A stretch of DNA of 62,310 nt from Anaerolineae bacterium (lineage in GTDB: Bacteria > Chloroflexota > Anaerolineae > B4-G1 > SLSP01): assembly GCA_034429675.1 (NCBI GenBank), contig DAOUFX010000184.1, forward strand, positions 1 to 62,310. Direction: 5' to 3'. A model generated the notes under the pieces. That model was not told the origin of the DNA, searched no databases, and saw nothing but the letters and a program-made list of their open reading frames with translations. Every line of letters begins with the position of its first letter. Position 1 is the stretch's first letter. Of this stretch, positions 46,595 through 56,832 are shown piece after piece. The position numbers were made by a program, and so were the translations under genes.

Positions 46595-47268
46595 GATGTT
46601 TTCTCCTGGGAGAGATGAGAATAATGCTCGCAAATGTCTTGAAGCTGACATTTCTCGCATTTGGGGAGATGGGCGTGACATGTATGGCGCCCGTGGAGGA
46701 TAAGGTTAATGTGGAGAGGGTAGTAAAGATCCGGCACCACGAGTGATTCCAACAACCAGTGCGCTTTTTCGCGCGATGTTGCGTCAGGAATCAGGCCCAG
46801 TCGCCGACTCAGGCGGTGGATGTGGGTGTCCACGGGAAAGGCCGGGCGCCCTAATGCAAAAAGTAAGACGATAGCGGCTGTTTTGGGGCCGACGCCATCA
46901 AGGTTAAGCAACCAGGCTCGCGCTTCCTCCAAAGGCATATCGCGCAGAAATTCCAGGGTGAGTTCACCTTGCGCCTCGGTGATGGTGTGTAGCGCTTTCT
47001 GGATATGCGGCCCTTTGGTTGGGGCTAATCCCGCCGGGCGGATGCTGTGGATGACCTCTTCGGCAGGAGCATCGCGCACGGCTTCCCAGGTCGGGTAGCG
47101 TTCGCGCAGTTGGGCGAACGCGATGTCGCGGTTGCGGTCGTTGGTGTTCTGGCTGAGGATGGTGTTGACCAGTTCTGCAATCGGTTCTCCGTGAGGCAGC
47201 CAGGGATGATCCCCGTAGACCCCGCAAAGGCGGCGGTGAATCTCCTGGATTTTTGCCGATACTTCCAT
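46591..47268 (-). CDS. nth: endonuclease III-family (HhH-GPD) DNA glycosylase with 4Fe-4S cluster loop
   Basis: LVNTILSQNTND.N, the HhH-GPD region L.LDGVGPKTAAIVLLF...PAFPVDTHI.R, and C-terminal C-x6-C-x2-C-x5-C (CHAHLPKCEKCQLQDIC). I chose the start at 47268 to avoid overlap with the Nudix gene. Confidence 0.85.
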   Translation of the reverse strand: MEVSAKIQEIHRRLCGVYGDHPWLPHGEPIAELVNTILSQNTNDRNRDIAFAQLRERYPTWEAVRDAPAEEVIHSIRPAGLAPTKGPHIQKALHTITEAQGELTLEFLRDMPLEEARAWLLNLDGVGPKTAAIVLLFALGRPAFPVDTHIHRLSRRLGLIPDATSREKAHWLLESLVVPDLYYPLHINLILHGRHTCHAHLPKCEKCQLQDICEHYSHLSQEKTS

Positions 47269-47279
47269 CTTCGCCGTCG

Positions 47280-47738
47280 TTATTGCAGAACCTTGTGCGC
47301 GCGTTTCACCCATTCTTGTTCTACTTCAAAGGTCAGGTCGGAGTATGCTTCTTCCCATGTGGCCCAGACCGGGAAAAATTGTCGATCGTCGGCGTCCGGG
47401 CGTGATGTTTGTTGCAGTGAACGCGCGCGCATCAGGAAATAATGTTCGGTGCGTTGCACTCTTTGCCCGTCGAGAGGAAAAACTACCATCTGTTCGCCTA
47501 AGTCTGCCAGGATTTCTATGTCGGTATATCCGGTCTCTTCTGCGACCTCGCGCAGGGCCGTTTCACTGTGAGTCTCTTTCGGCTCCACGTGACCTTTGGG
47601 TAAGCGTACCTCATCCCGCGACGGACGGATGAGCACCAACACTTGATCGCCGTCTGTGTTGGTTACTACGCCGCCGGCAGCCTGGTAATTGATGACTCCC
47701 GATTGTTTGAGCATTGCCATCGCTCCTTTCTCATTCAT
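47280..47738 (-). CDS. NUDIX hydrolase
   Basis: Nudix box GHVEPKETHSETALREVAEETG (G-x5-E-x7-REUxEExGU). The start may be an internal ATG (47720 or 47714), both preceded by AAAGGAG. Confidence 0.85.
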   Translation of the reverse strand: MNEKGAMAMLKQSGVINYQAAGGVVTNTDGDQVLVLIRPSRDEVRLPKGHVEPKETHSETALREVAEETGYTDIEILADLGEQMVVFPLDGQRVQRTEHYFLMRARSLQQTSRPDADDRQFFPVWATWEEAYSDLTFEVEQEWVKRAHKVLQ

Positions 47739-47859
47739 GTAAGCAATATGTCTGCCGTTGTGTCATCTCATTAAAAAGAGGAGACGGGGGGGGACTTGGG
47801 GGCGGGCGCAGGCCGCCCCCCAAGCCTCCACCCCAGATTTTGAGATGATAGCTGTTAAG

Positions 47860-49029
47860 TTATACCGGATGTTGGGGATTTGGCAAAGCTATGTCGGCAT
47901 TCTCGGTTGGGACGCCGGCGTTGACAGCCAACGCCACGGCTGCCGCACGTGTGTGCACTTCCAGTTTGCTGAAGATGGCTTTGAGATGCCGTTTGACGGT
48001 GTTGGTGGTGATGCACAGGGCGCCGGCGATTTCTTTGTTGGTCATCCCCTGCACTAACAATTCCAGAACTTCTTGTTCGCGCAGTGTCAGAACTTCGAGG
48101 GGCGTTCGGCTTTGGCTCAGGCTCCGCGCTTCGGAGACGGCCTGCAAGAATGCCCGCCGGTTGAAGGTTTGTTTTTCGAGGTAGGCGAAAACGCCTTGCT
48201 TGCTGTAGATTCGTTCAATCTCTTCTGGCGCAGCTATGCCGCTGACAACGATGGTGGGAATTTTAAGCGCATGGGTGTTATTCAGTACCTGATAACCTTC
48301 CAATTCCGGCCTGGTTGCCAGCTCCTCCGGTGAGATAGCGCCGGCTAACGAAAGGTCCACGATTGCCAGGCGATAGTTCTCGCGGCGGAGGCATCCCAAC
48401 GCTTCGCCGAAGCTGTTGCACAGACGCACCTCGTATCCAACGTCTCGTAGCAATTCGGCGAGAATGTTGCGCCATCCGGCATCGTCTTCGACGACTAACA
48501 CCGCTCCCATTGCTGCGTTTTGGGGGCTGCGCCCGGCGGCGCTTGCCGCAGATCCGGTTTTGTCGTCGGGTCGGTCGTTCCCCTTTTCTATGGAGGATGC
48601 GCTGGCCAACGCCTGTTCGATCAGTCTCCGAAATTCGGCCCGATCGAAGGTTTCCTTGCGCAAGCAACTGAACGCCCCATAGTGCGTCATCACGTTCACG
48701 GCCAGTTCGACTGTGGCGAATCCGGTGAGCATAATTGGCACACAGCCGGGATCGTGGCGGCGCACGGCATCCAGCACCCGTATCCCATCTTGATTGTTGA
48801 AATCCCCCTCGCCCAGCGCCAGGTCAATGACAGCAATCCGGTGTGGGTGAGCGCGCAGAATGTCACCGGCCGCCGCGAAGTTGTCCGTCAAATCCACGGC
48901 AAGCCCGGCGTCGCTGAGGATTTCTCTGAGAATCTGCTGCCAGGAGCGATCGTCTTCGACGATGAGGGCGCGCGGGCGCGCGACCTCGCGTGTGCTTTCA
49001 GGGGCGCTTGTGCGCGAGCGAGCGCTCAA
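47860..49029 (-). CDS. LuxR/FixJ-family response regulator with two tandem receiver domains
   Basis: REC1: LIVEDDRSW...IAVIDLAL...IMLTG...CLRK. REC2: LVVEDDAGW...LAIVDLSL...IVVSG...YLEK. C-terminal HTH: LTLREQEVLELLVQGMTNKEIAGALCITTNTVKRHLKAIFSKL. TTG start overlapping the kinase stop. Confidence 0.85.
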   Translation of the reverse strand: MSARSRTSAPESTREVARPRALIVEDDRSWQQILREILSDAGLAVDLTDNFAAAGDILRAHPHRIAVIDLALGEGDFNNQDGIRVLDAVRRHDPGCVPIMLTGFATVELAVNVMTHYGAFSCLRKETFDRAEFRRLIEQALASASSIEKGNDRPDDKTGSAASAAGRSPQNAAMGAVLVVEDDAGWRNILAELLRDVGYEVRLCNSFGEALGCLRRENYRLAIVDLSLAGAISPEELATRPELEGYQVLNNTHALKIPTIVVSGIAAPEEIERIYSKQGVFAYLEKQTFNRRAFLQAVSEARSLSQSRTPLEVLTLREQEVLELLVQGMTNKEIAGALCITTNTVKRHLKAIFSKLEVHTRAAAVALAVNAGVPTENADIALPNPQHPV

Positions 49030-51335
49030 GACGCCTCCGCGCGCGGCAACCGGAGCCGGAAGGCGGCGCCGTGTTGTCCGTCGCTTTCTACGGCAATGGT
49101 CCCGCCCAAACGCACGATGAGCGTCTTAACCCACCACAATCCAAATCCGAGTTTGCCGCTGCGTTTAGGGGCGCGCTCGGCGGCGTTAAACTCGAAGATG
49201 CCGGTATGGCGTTCTGGCGGGATGCCAGGGCCATTGTCGCTGACGACAATCTCAATCCATTGGGGTTGGGGGGCGCCCCGGATAATGATCGCGCCGTTTC
49301 CTTGCATGGCATGAGCTGCATTCTCCAGCAGATTGGTGAAGACCCACGTCAGGCTTTGTTGCCCGGCTATGACCGGCGGCAGAGCGTCCACGCCGGCTGT
49401 GTCCACGCTGATGGCGCTTTCGGAGAGACCGGACGCCTGGATGGCGGCGTTGATGCATTGGGCGATATTGACCGGCGCCAGGTGCAACGGACGCAAGTGC
49501 GTCAGATTTTCACGCACCGCGTATAGCGCTTCGCGTGCGCTGCGCTCGATTTCTTCTAAGTTGGCAGCTAGATACTCGTTGGCTGCGAGCTCGTTCGCGC
49601 ATTTGTCCTGAATGCCCTGGATGCGCACGGGGATGGTGCCCACTTTGTTGTTGAGGTGATGGAGTACGTTGGCAGCGACGTCGCCGACCGCGGCAAACGT
49701 CTCGGCCACGGCATGCCGCTCCTGGGTCGTGCGTAACATCTGTTGCCATTCGGCGCTGTGGAGGGCCAACGCGGCGAAATGCGCCAGGCAGGTCAGCACC
49801 TTTTCATCCCATTCGGATTTTGTGAAGTGCCCCGGTTCCGCCGTAGCGCCATAGACGCTGAAGGCTCCGATGGGCTCGCGACGGTCGCTGGAAAGCAGCG
49901 GCACGATGAGCGCTTCACCCCAATGGCCTTCCTGGGCCAGGTCGGCGCGGTAGAAGCGTTGGTCGGCCTGAACATCTTCGGAGGTGATGGTGCGCCCCTG
50001 CAAGATAGCCAGTCCGGTCAAACTCCCGCGCAGGGGGAGTCTCTCCCCGTGTCCTTGCTCCTGGCTGGCGGCTTGCAGATGAAGGATGTCGTCTTTGAGC
50101 GTCCAGATGGCGCAGGCGGCGGCGTTTAATAATTTGGCGGCAAGTCGGGCCAGGTGCTCCAACACCTGACGGCATGGTTGCACCAACAACAGCCGGGTGA
50201 CTTCGAGGAGCGCATCCAGCAAGCGCGCCTCCTGGATGGCAATGATGGCTTGCGTCGCCAGCGTTTGCAGGGAGAGGCTGTCCTCCTCGCTGAAGGCGCC
50301 GATGAGCGGGCTTTCGAGGTTCAGCACCCCTTCCAACCTGCCGCCGGAGCCGATGAGGGGCACTGCCAGTTCTGAGCGCATGCTCAGGTCGGCGTAGAGT
50401 GGGCGATAGATGCGCACCCACGGAGCAGCCTGCAGGTCGTGAATGCGCAGCGGTTGGCGGTGCCCGGCGACCCAGCCCATGATACTGTGATCGTCAATGG
50501 GCAGGACGTCGGCTTGCGGACGTCCGTGATCTACGCCGGCGACCGTGTGGGCCACCAGCGCCGTCGAGTTCTCATCCACGAGTCTGAAGATACCGTAGTG
50601 GGCGCCGGTGATATCCAATGCCATGTGTAGGATGGTTTCCAACGTCTCCTGTAATCCCAATCGCGACGAGATGAGCATGCCGGCGCGGCGCAGGCGTTTC
50701 AATTCTTCTTCTTTTCGTTGCAGGTCGCGTTGGACGTTTACCAGGCGGCGCGCCTGGTAGATGGCCATCGCGGCTTGATTGACGAAGTTCTCCAACATCA
50801 GCAGTTCGATTTGATCAAACCGGCGTTGTTCGTGCAGGTAGACGTAGAGCGCGCCGACGGCCTGGAAAGCCACCACCAACGGAAAACAGGCCATCGCTCT
50901 GGCGCCGGCCTGAACTTTCATGGGATGGATGGTGAGATCGGGTTCTTCATACGAGATGACGCGGCGGCGCTGGCTGATGGCGCGCACGCCGATACCGTCT
51001 TCACGTGGGCTGTCCTGGTGTGGCGCACCGGTAGCTTCCCCCGCCGACACACGCGAGGTGAGGTCGAAGGTGTGCTGGCTCTGGTCGTACATATAAATCA
51101 CCGCCGAGGCCCCCGGCACGACGCGGATAGCGCTTCCGACAATAAGCAGGAGGGTATCCTGCACTTCTCCGCCGGGGTCAAGTTCGTGGTGCAGTTTGCT
51201 CTGCGGGCCGAAGCGGTTGATAGCTGTGCCGACCTGGTTCAGGTTGGTCAGCGCCTCAAGGAGGCGGCTGTCAACCTGCTTCAATTCAGCCTCGTTTTGC
51301 ATTGCCCCTGCCATTCTATACTTCGATTCACCCAT
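49026..51335 (-). CDS. cytoplasmic sensor histidine kinase with three GAF domains
   Basis: Three GAF-like blocks, each ending ...VPL/FPL..xx..GxLxV/L. Degenerate H-box AANVLHHLNNKVG. N box FTNLLENAAHAM. G boxes DNGPGIP and GFGLWW. No TM segment. Confidence 0.8.
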   Translation of the reverse strand: MGESKYRMAGAMQNEAELKQVDSRLLEALTNLNQVGTAINRFGPQSKLHHELDPGGEVQDTLLLIVGSAIRVVPGASAVIYMYDQSQHTFDLTSRVSAGEATGAPHQDSPREDGIGVRAISQRRRVISYEEPDLTIHPMKVQAGARAMACFPLVVAFQAVGALYVYLHEQRRFDQIELLMLENFVNQAAMAIYQARRLVNVQRDLQRKEEELKRLRRAGMLISSRLGLQETLETILHMALDITGAHYGIFRLVDENSTALVAHTVAGVDHGRPQADVLPIDDHSIMGWVAGHRQPLRIHDLQAAPWVRIYRPLYADLSMRSELAVPLIGSGGRLEGVLNLESPLIGAFSEEDSLSLQTLATQAIIAIQEARLLDALLEVTRLLLVQPCRQVLEHLARLAAKLLNAAACAIWTLKDDILHLQAASQEQGHGERLPLRGSLTGLAILQGRTITSEDVQADQRFYRADLAQEGHWGEALIVPLLSSDRREPIGAFSVYGATAEPGHFTKSEWDEKVLTCLAHFAALALHSAEWQQMLRTTQERHAVAETFAAVGDVAANVLHHLNNKVGTIPVRIQGIQDKCANELAANEYLAANLEEIERSAREALYAVRENLTHLRPLHLAPVNIAQCINAAIQASGLSESAISVDTAGVDALPPVIAGQQSLTWVFTNLLENAAHAMQGNGAIIIRGAPQPQWIEIVVSDNGPGIPPERHTGIFEFNAAERAPKRSGKLGFGLWWVKTLIVRLGGTIAVESDGQHGAAFRLRLPRAEAS

Positions 51336-51450
51336 AGACTGCCTTGATTTTCTCCATTTTCAAAGGTGACAAGGCATTGTAACACGTGCGCGCAGCTTGT
51401 CCAAATGGCTCGACTCTTTTTGGTCGCGTTTCATTTTCAAATTCCAAAAA

Positions 51451-51478
51451 ACGAGGCCGGAGTATTCCCCGGCCTCGT
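51451..51478 (-). terminator. rho-independent terminator of glnA
   Basis: ACGAGGCCGG (51451-51460) pairs with CCGGCCTCGT (51469-51478). On the minus strand it is followed by TTTTTGG. Confidence 0.75.
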
Positions 51479-51538
51479 CTGAGATATTCTAAACAGGGTG
51501 GGGGCAGTCCAAATCCCCACTCTCTCATTTCCCAATCC

Positions 51539-52948
<1,410 letters not shown>

Positions 52949-53018
52949 CGCTCTTTCCTCCTACTCTTATTTTCATCTGACATAGTTGAAATTTCGTCTC
53001 GTCTTCAAGGACTCTTCC

Positions 53019-53047
53019 ATTATAGGGGTGACCATGGGGGGGGTCTA
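53019..53047 (-). promoter_or_regulatory. sigma70 promoter candidate for glnA (TAGACC-17-TATAAT on minus strand) containing a C8/G8 homopolymer
   Basis: The reverse complement of 53019-53024 is TATAAT and of 53042-53047 is TAGACC. The G8 run at 53036-53043 spans the spacer/-35 junction. Confidence 0.4.
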
Positions 53048-53091
53048 GTACCCAATCGGGTCATTTTTCTTGATCAGATTATAATGGTCAG

Positions 53092-56000
53092 ATGATGGAG
53101 CGTACATTTTACGAGCGCGCGCGCGAGTTGCTGTTTGACCATGTCGGCGCGGAAGCCATTCGCCAGTGGTTGACGCCCCTCGGCATTGCGGATTGGCGGG
53201 CGGCGCATCGCTGCTTGCTGCGCATGGCGCAGGAATCGCAGGCTGCGCCGGCGTTGTCCAACCTGTTGCCCTATCTGTTGTTAGCGCTCGCCGATGCGGC
53301 CAATCCCGACCGCGTGTTGGTAGGGTTGGAGCGTTTCATCCGCAGCACTCCTGACAAATCCGGCATGATGGAGTATCTGGCCGCGAATCCGCGCGCGGTT
53401 GAAATCCTGGTGACATTGTTTGCCGGCAGTCAATTCCTCACCGAAATTCTTCTCCGTAACCCCGAATATTTCTCACGGTTGATGGAGCAACGCACCCTGT
53501 CGTCCCCCAAGGGCGTGGATCAGTTTAACGCCGAGGCGCGCGCGGCGGCGTTCCCTGAGGCTGGCGATGGCGCAATCATCGCTGTGGAAACCCGCCTGGA
53601 CGCCATGCGGCGCTTTCAGCGATGGGAATTGTTGCGAATCGGCGCGTGTGACCTGCTGGGCCTGCTGCCGCTGTCGGTAGTCACTTCACAATTATCCAAC
53701 CTCGCCGATAGTGTGGTCCAGACGTGTCTGGAGATTGCTTCCGCCCAAACCGGCGTCCCGGCGGAGGGTTTTGTGGTGCTGGCCATGGGAAAGCACGGCG
53801 GGCGCGAGTTGAATTACAGCTCGGACATTGACCTCCTTTTTCTGACTCGGGCCGACGCCGGGAATTACCTGCGCCTGGCCGAACGGCTGATTGCCGCGTT
53901 GACGCAGGTGACCGGCGAAGGATTTTTATACCGGGTGGACATGCGGCTGCGTCCCTGGGGGGAGACGGGGGCGCTGGTGGTTTCGGTGGACGGGTATCTT
54001 GCCTATCTCGAAAAATACGCGCGGTTGTGGGAGAAACAAGCTTTGCTCAAGGCGCGTCCCGCTGCCGGAGACGTGACGGTGGGTGAGGCTTTTTTGAACC
54101 GGGCTATGCCCCTGATCTTTGAGGAACAGCCCCTTGCCGTGCGTGCCGGCGCTTATGCCATGAAGCAGCGCACGGAGGCTTATTTGCGGCAACAAGGACG
54201 CCATTGGGGCGACGTCAAGTTGGGAGAAGGCTCGATCCGCGACGTCGAATTCGTCATTCAGTATTTGCAGATGATCTACGGTTCGCAGTTTCCCGAAATC
54301 CGCAGCCGCAATACGTTGGATGCGCTGGCGCGCGCGGTGGTGTGCCGCATCCTGGCCGCCGAGGATTTCCGGGTGCTTACCGACGGCTACACATTTTTGC
54401 GGGCCATTGAACATCACTTGCAGATGATGCATTACCGGCAAACTCACGCCTTGCCCGACGATTCCGTCGCGTTGGCGCAACTGGCTCAGCGCCTGGGATT
54501 TCAGGGAAAAGACGCAGGGGTGCAATTCCTGGCCCACTACGAACAGCATCGTATTGCGGTGCGGGCTGTCTACTTGCATTATCTTGGGGAGGGCGAGATG
54601 GGAAGATTGAATCCGGCAGAAGAGTCACTGCGCAGGGGCGTTTTCGGCGCTGAATCCTCCGCCGAGCATCCTTCGGGTTTTTCGGCGCATATCTCACGGA
54701 TGGATCCGGCGTACACGGCAGTGTTTAGCCCTGAGGAATTGCAATCTCATGCCGCGCTCGCCGGGCAACTCAACGCCGATACGCTGGTGAAGGTTGCTGC
54801 CGTTCCGTTGGAAGACGGTCGCTGGCGCGTCACCGTCGTCGCCTACGACTATTTGGGGGAGTTGTCGCTGATCTGCGGCTTGCTCTTTGTTTATGGGTGC
54901 GCCATCAGAGACGGCAACGTCTTCACCTACGAGCCGGCCTCCGCCGTGCAACGGCAGGAATCGCGGCGCAAAATCGTGGATGTTTTCACGGTGTACCCCG
55001 AACATAAGACGGTGACCGCGGAGACCTGGTTGTCATACGAATCCGACCTGGCCGAGTTGTTGCAGCTGATGCACCGCGATTGCCGCCGTGAGGCGCGTGG
55101 AATCCTCGCCAAGCGTTGGGCCGACAGCCTCCGCGATACGCCGGCGGTGACCACGCCGCTCTATCCCATTGACATTCAATTTGACAACGAAGTCTCCGAA
55201 CGGTACACCCTGATGCACATTGACGCCCCCGACACCAGCGGTTTCCTCTACGAGTTCACCAACGCGCTGGCCTACAGCCGTATTCACATCGCGCGGATGA
55301 CCGTCGCTTCGATCGGAGCGCGGGTTCACGACATCCTCTACGTCACCGACGCTAACGGCAAGAAGATCACGTCGCCCGAACGGCAACATCAGCTGCGGGT
55401 GGCCTCGGTGTTGATCAAACATTTCACGCATCTGTTGCCGCATTCCCCCAACCCTGAATCAGCTTTGCTCCATTTTCGTGAATTTGTCGAGCAGCGTTTC
55501 CGCAAGGAGGACTGGACCGCCGAATTGGCATCACTGGAACGCCCGGAGGTGTTGAACGCTTTGGCGCGACTGTTGGGCGTGAGCGATTTCCTTTGGGAGG
55601 ACTTTTTGCGGATGCAGTACGCGAATCTGTTCCCGGTGGTGCGCGATCTCGACGCTTTGCACACGATGAAGACGCGCGAGCAGTTGCAGGTCGAGCTGGA
55701 GTCCACGCTGCGGCCGATTCACGACGGCCCGCAGTTGCCCTCCGACGACGCGCCCTGGCAGCAGGCGCTCAACGCTTTCAAGGATCGCGAGATGTTTCGC
55801 ATTGACATGCGGCACATCCTGGGGCACACCCAGGAGTTTGGGGATTTCTCGGATGAGCTGACGGCGTTGGTCGAGGTGGTGGTCAATGTCGCTTACCACC
55901 TCTGCCATGAAGATTTGCGGGCGGTGTACGGCACGCCGCAGCTCTCCGAGGGCGAGGCCCAAAGCGACGTGAGCGAGATGGCGGTCTTCGGGCTGGGCAA

Positions 56001-56826
56001 ATGCGGCGGGCGCGAGTTGGGCTTTGCCTCGGATATCGAGTTGATGTTCATCTATGCCGGCAACGGCTACACCACCGGGCCGAACGTCATCACCACGTCC
56101 GAGTTCTACGAAAAGTTGGTGCAGACCTTTGTCAGCGCCATCCAGGCCCGACGCGAGGGAATCTTTGAAATTGACTTGCAGTTGCGTCCCTATGGCAAAG
56201 CCGGCAGCATGGCCGTTTCGCTGGAAGCATTTTCGCGTTATTATGCTCCGGACGGCCCTGCCTGGGCCTACGAACGCCAGGCTTTGGTCAAGTTGCGCCC
56301 GATCGCCGGGAATTTTGGGCTTGGCCAGCACGTCGCCGCGCTGCGGGACGCTTTTGTCTACACGCCTGATTCGTTCGATGTGACGGCCATGCGGGCGATG
56401 CGCGAGCGTCAGGTGCGGCATCTGGTTACGGGGGGAACTTTCAACGCCAAATTTAGCCCCGGCGGGTTGGTGGATGTGGAGTATCTGGTGCAGGGTTTGC
56501 AAATCACGCACGGGTACCAACGCCCGGAGCTGCGGCTGACGCAGACCCGTGAAACGATGGCGGCGCTGGCGGCAGCGGGGATTCTTCCGTCTGATGATTA
56601 CACCTGGCTGCGCAAGGCTCACACCTTTCTGCATTGGCTGATTGATGGGCTGCGGATGGTTCACGGCAACAACAAAGACCTGACGGTCCCGCCTGCCGAT
56701 AGTGAGGCTTTTGCTTTTCTGGCGCGACGCTTGCGGTATGGCGACGACGTGGCGCGGCTGCGCGATGAGTTGACCCGCTACACCGTTCGGGTTCAAGAAA
56801 TCGGCACGCGACTGCTGGGGGGCTAA
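53092..56826 (+). CDS. glnE: glutamine synthetase adenylyltransferase/adenylyl-removing enzyme GlnE with internal tandem ACT-like insertion (1244 aa)
   Basis: Two GlnE nucleotidyltransferase motifs: GKHGGRELNYSSDIDLLFL (~53787-53845) and GKCGGRELGFASDIELMFIY (~55991-56050). About 240 extra residues between them resemble GlnD ACT domains (see findings). Confidence 0.9.
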   Translation: MMERTFYERARELLFDHVGAEAIRQWLTPLGIADWRAAHRCLLRMAQESQAAPALSNLLPYLLLALADAANPDRVLVGLERFIRSTPDKSGMMEYLAANPRAVEILVTLFAGSQFLTEILLRNPEYFSRLMEQRTLSSPKGVDQFNAEARAAAFPEAGDGAIIAVETRLDAMRRFQRWELLRIGACDLLGLLPLSVVTSQLSNLADSVVQTCLEIASAQTGVPAEGFVVLAMGKHGGRELNYSSDIDLLFLTRADAGNYLRLAERLIAALTQVTGEGFLYRVDMRLRPWGETGALVVSVDGYLAYLEKYARLWEKQALLKARPAAGDVTVGEAFLNRAMPLIFEEQPLAVRAGAYAMKQRTEAYLRQQGRHWGDVKLGEGSIRDVEFVIQYLQMIYGSQFPEIRSRNTLDALARAVVCRILAAEDFRVLTDGYTFLRAIEHHLQMMHYRQTHALPDDSVALAQLAQRLGFQGKDAGVQFLAHYEQHRIAVRAVYLHYLGEGEMGRLNPAEESLRRGVFGAESSAEHPSGFSAHISRMDPAYTAVFSPEELQSHAALAGQLNADTLVKVAAVPLEDGRWRVTVVAYDYLGELSLICGLLFVYGCAIRDGNVFTYEPASAVQRQESRRKIVDVFTVYPEHKTVTAETWLSYESDLAELLQLMHRDCRREARGILAKRWADSLRDTPAVTTPLYPIDIQFDNEVSERYTLMHIDAPDTSGFLYEFTNALAYSRIHIARMTVASIGARVHDILYVTDANGKKITSPERQHQLRVASVLIKHFTHLLPHSPNPESALLHFREFVEQRFRKEDWTAELASLERPEVLNALARLLGVSDFLWEDFLRMQYANLFPVVRDLDALHTMKTREQLQVELESTLRPIHDGPQLPSDDAPWQQALNAFKDREMFRIDMRHILGHTQEFGDFSDELTALVEVVVNVAYHLCHEDLRAVYGTPQLSEGEAQSDVSEMAVFGLGKCGGRELGFASDIELMFIYAGNGYTTGPNVITTSEFYEKLVQTFVSAIQARREGIFEIDLQLRPYGKAGSMAVSLEAFSRYYAPDGPAWAYERQALVKLRPIAGNFGLGQHVAALRDAFVYTPDSFDVTAMRAMRERQVRHLVTGGTFNAKFSPGGLVDVEYLVQGLQITHGYQRPELRLTQTRETMAALAAAGILPSDDYTWLRKAHTFLHWLIDGLRMVHGNNKDLTVPPADSEAFAFLARRLRYGDDVARLRDELTRYTVRVQEIGTRLLGG

Positions 56827-56832
56827 GTTACT

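Noticed and set aside
55531-56796. 421-aa ORF antisense to glnE, plus many 60-260-aa overlapping ORFs between 47.8 and 58.5 kb.
   Set aside because: This DNA is GC-rich, so stop codons are rare in all frames. The translated sequences are low-complexity (R/P/A/G/Q), and the sense-strand genes are unambiguous.
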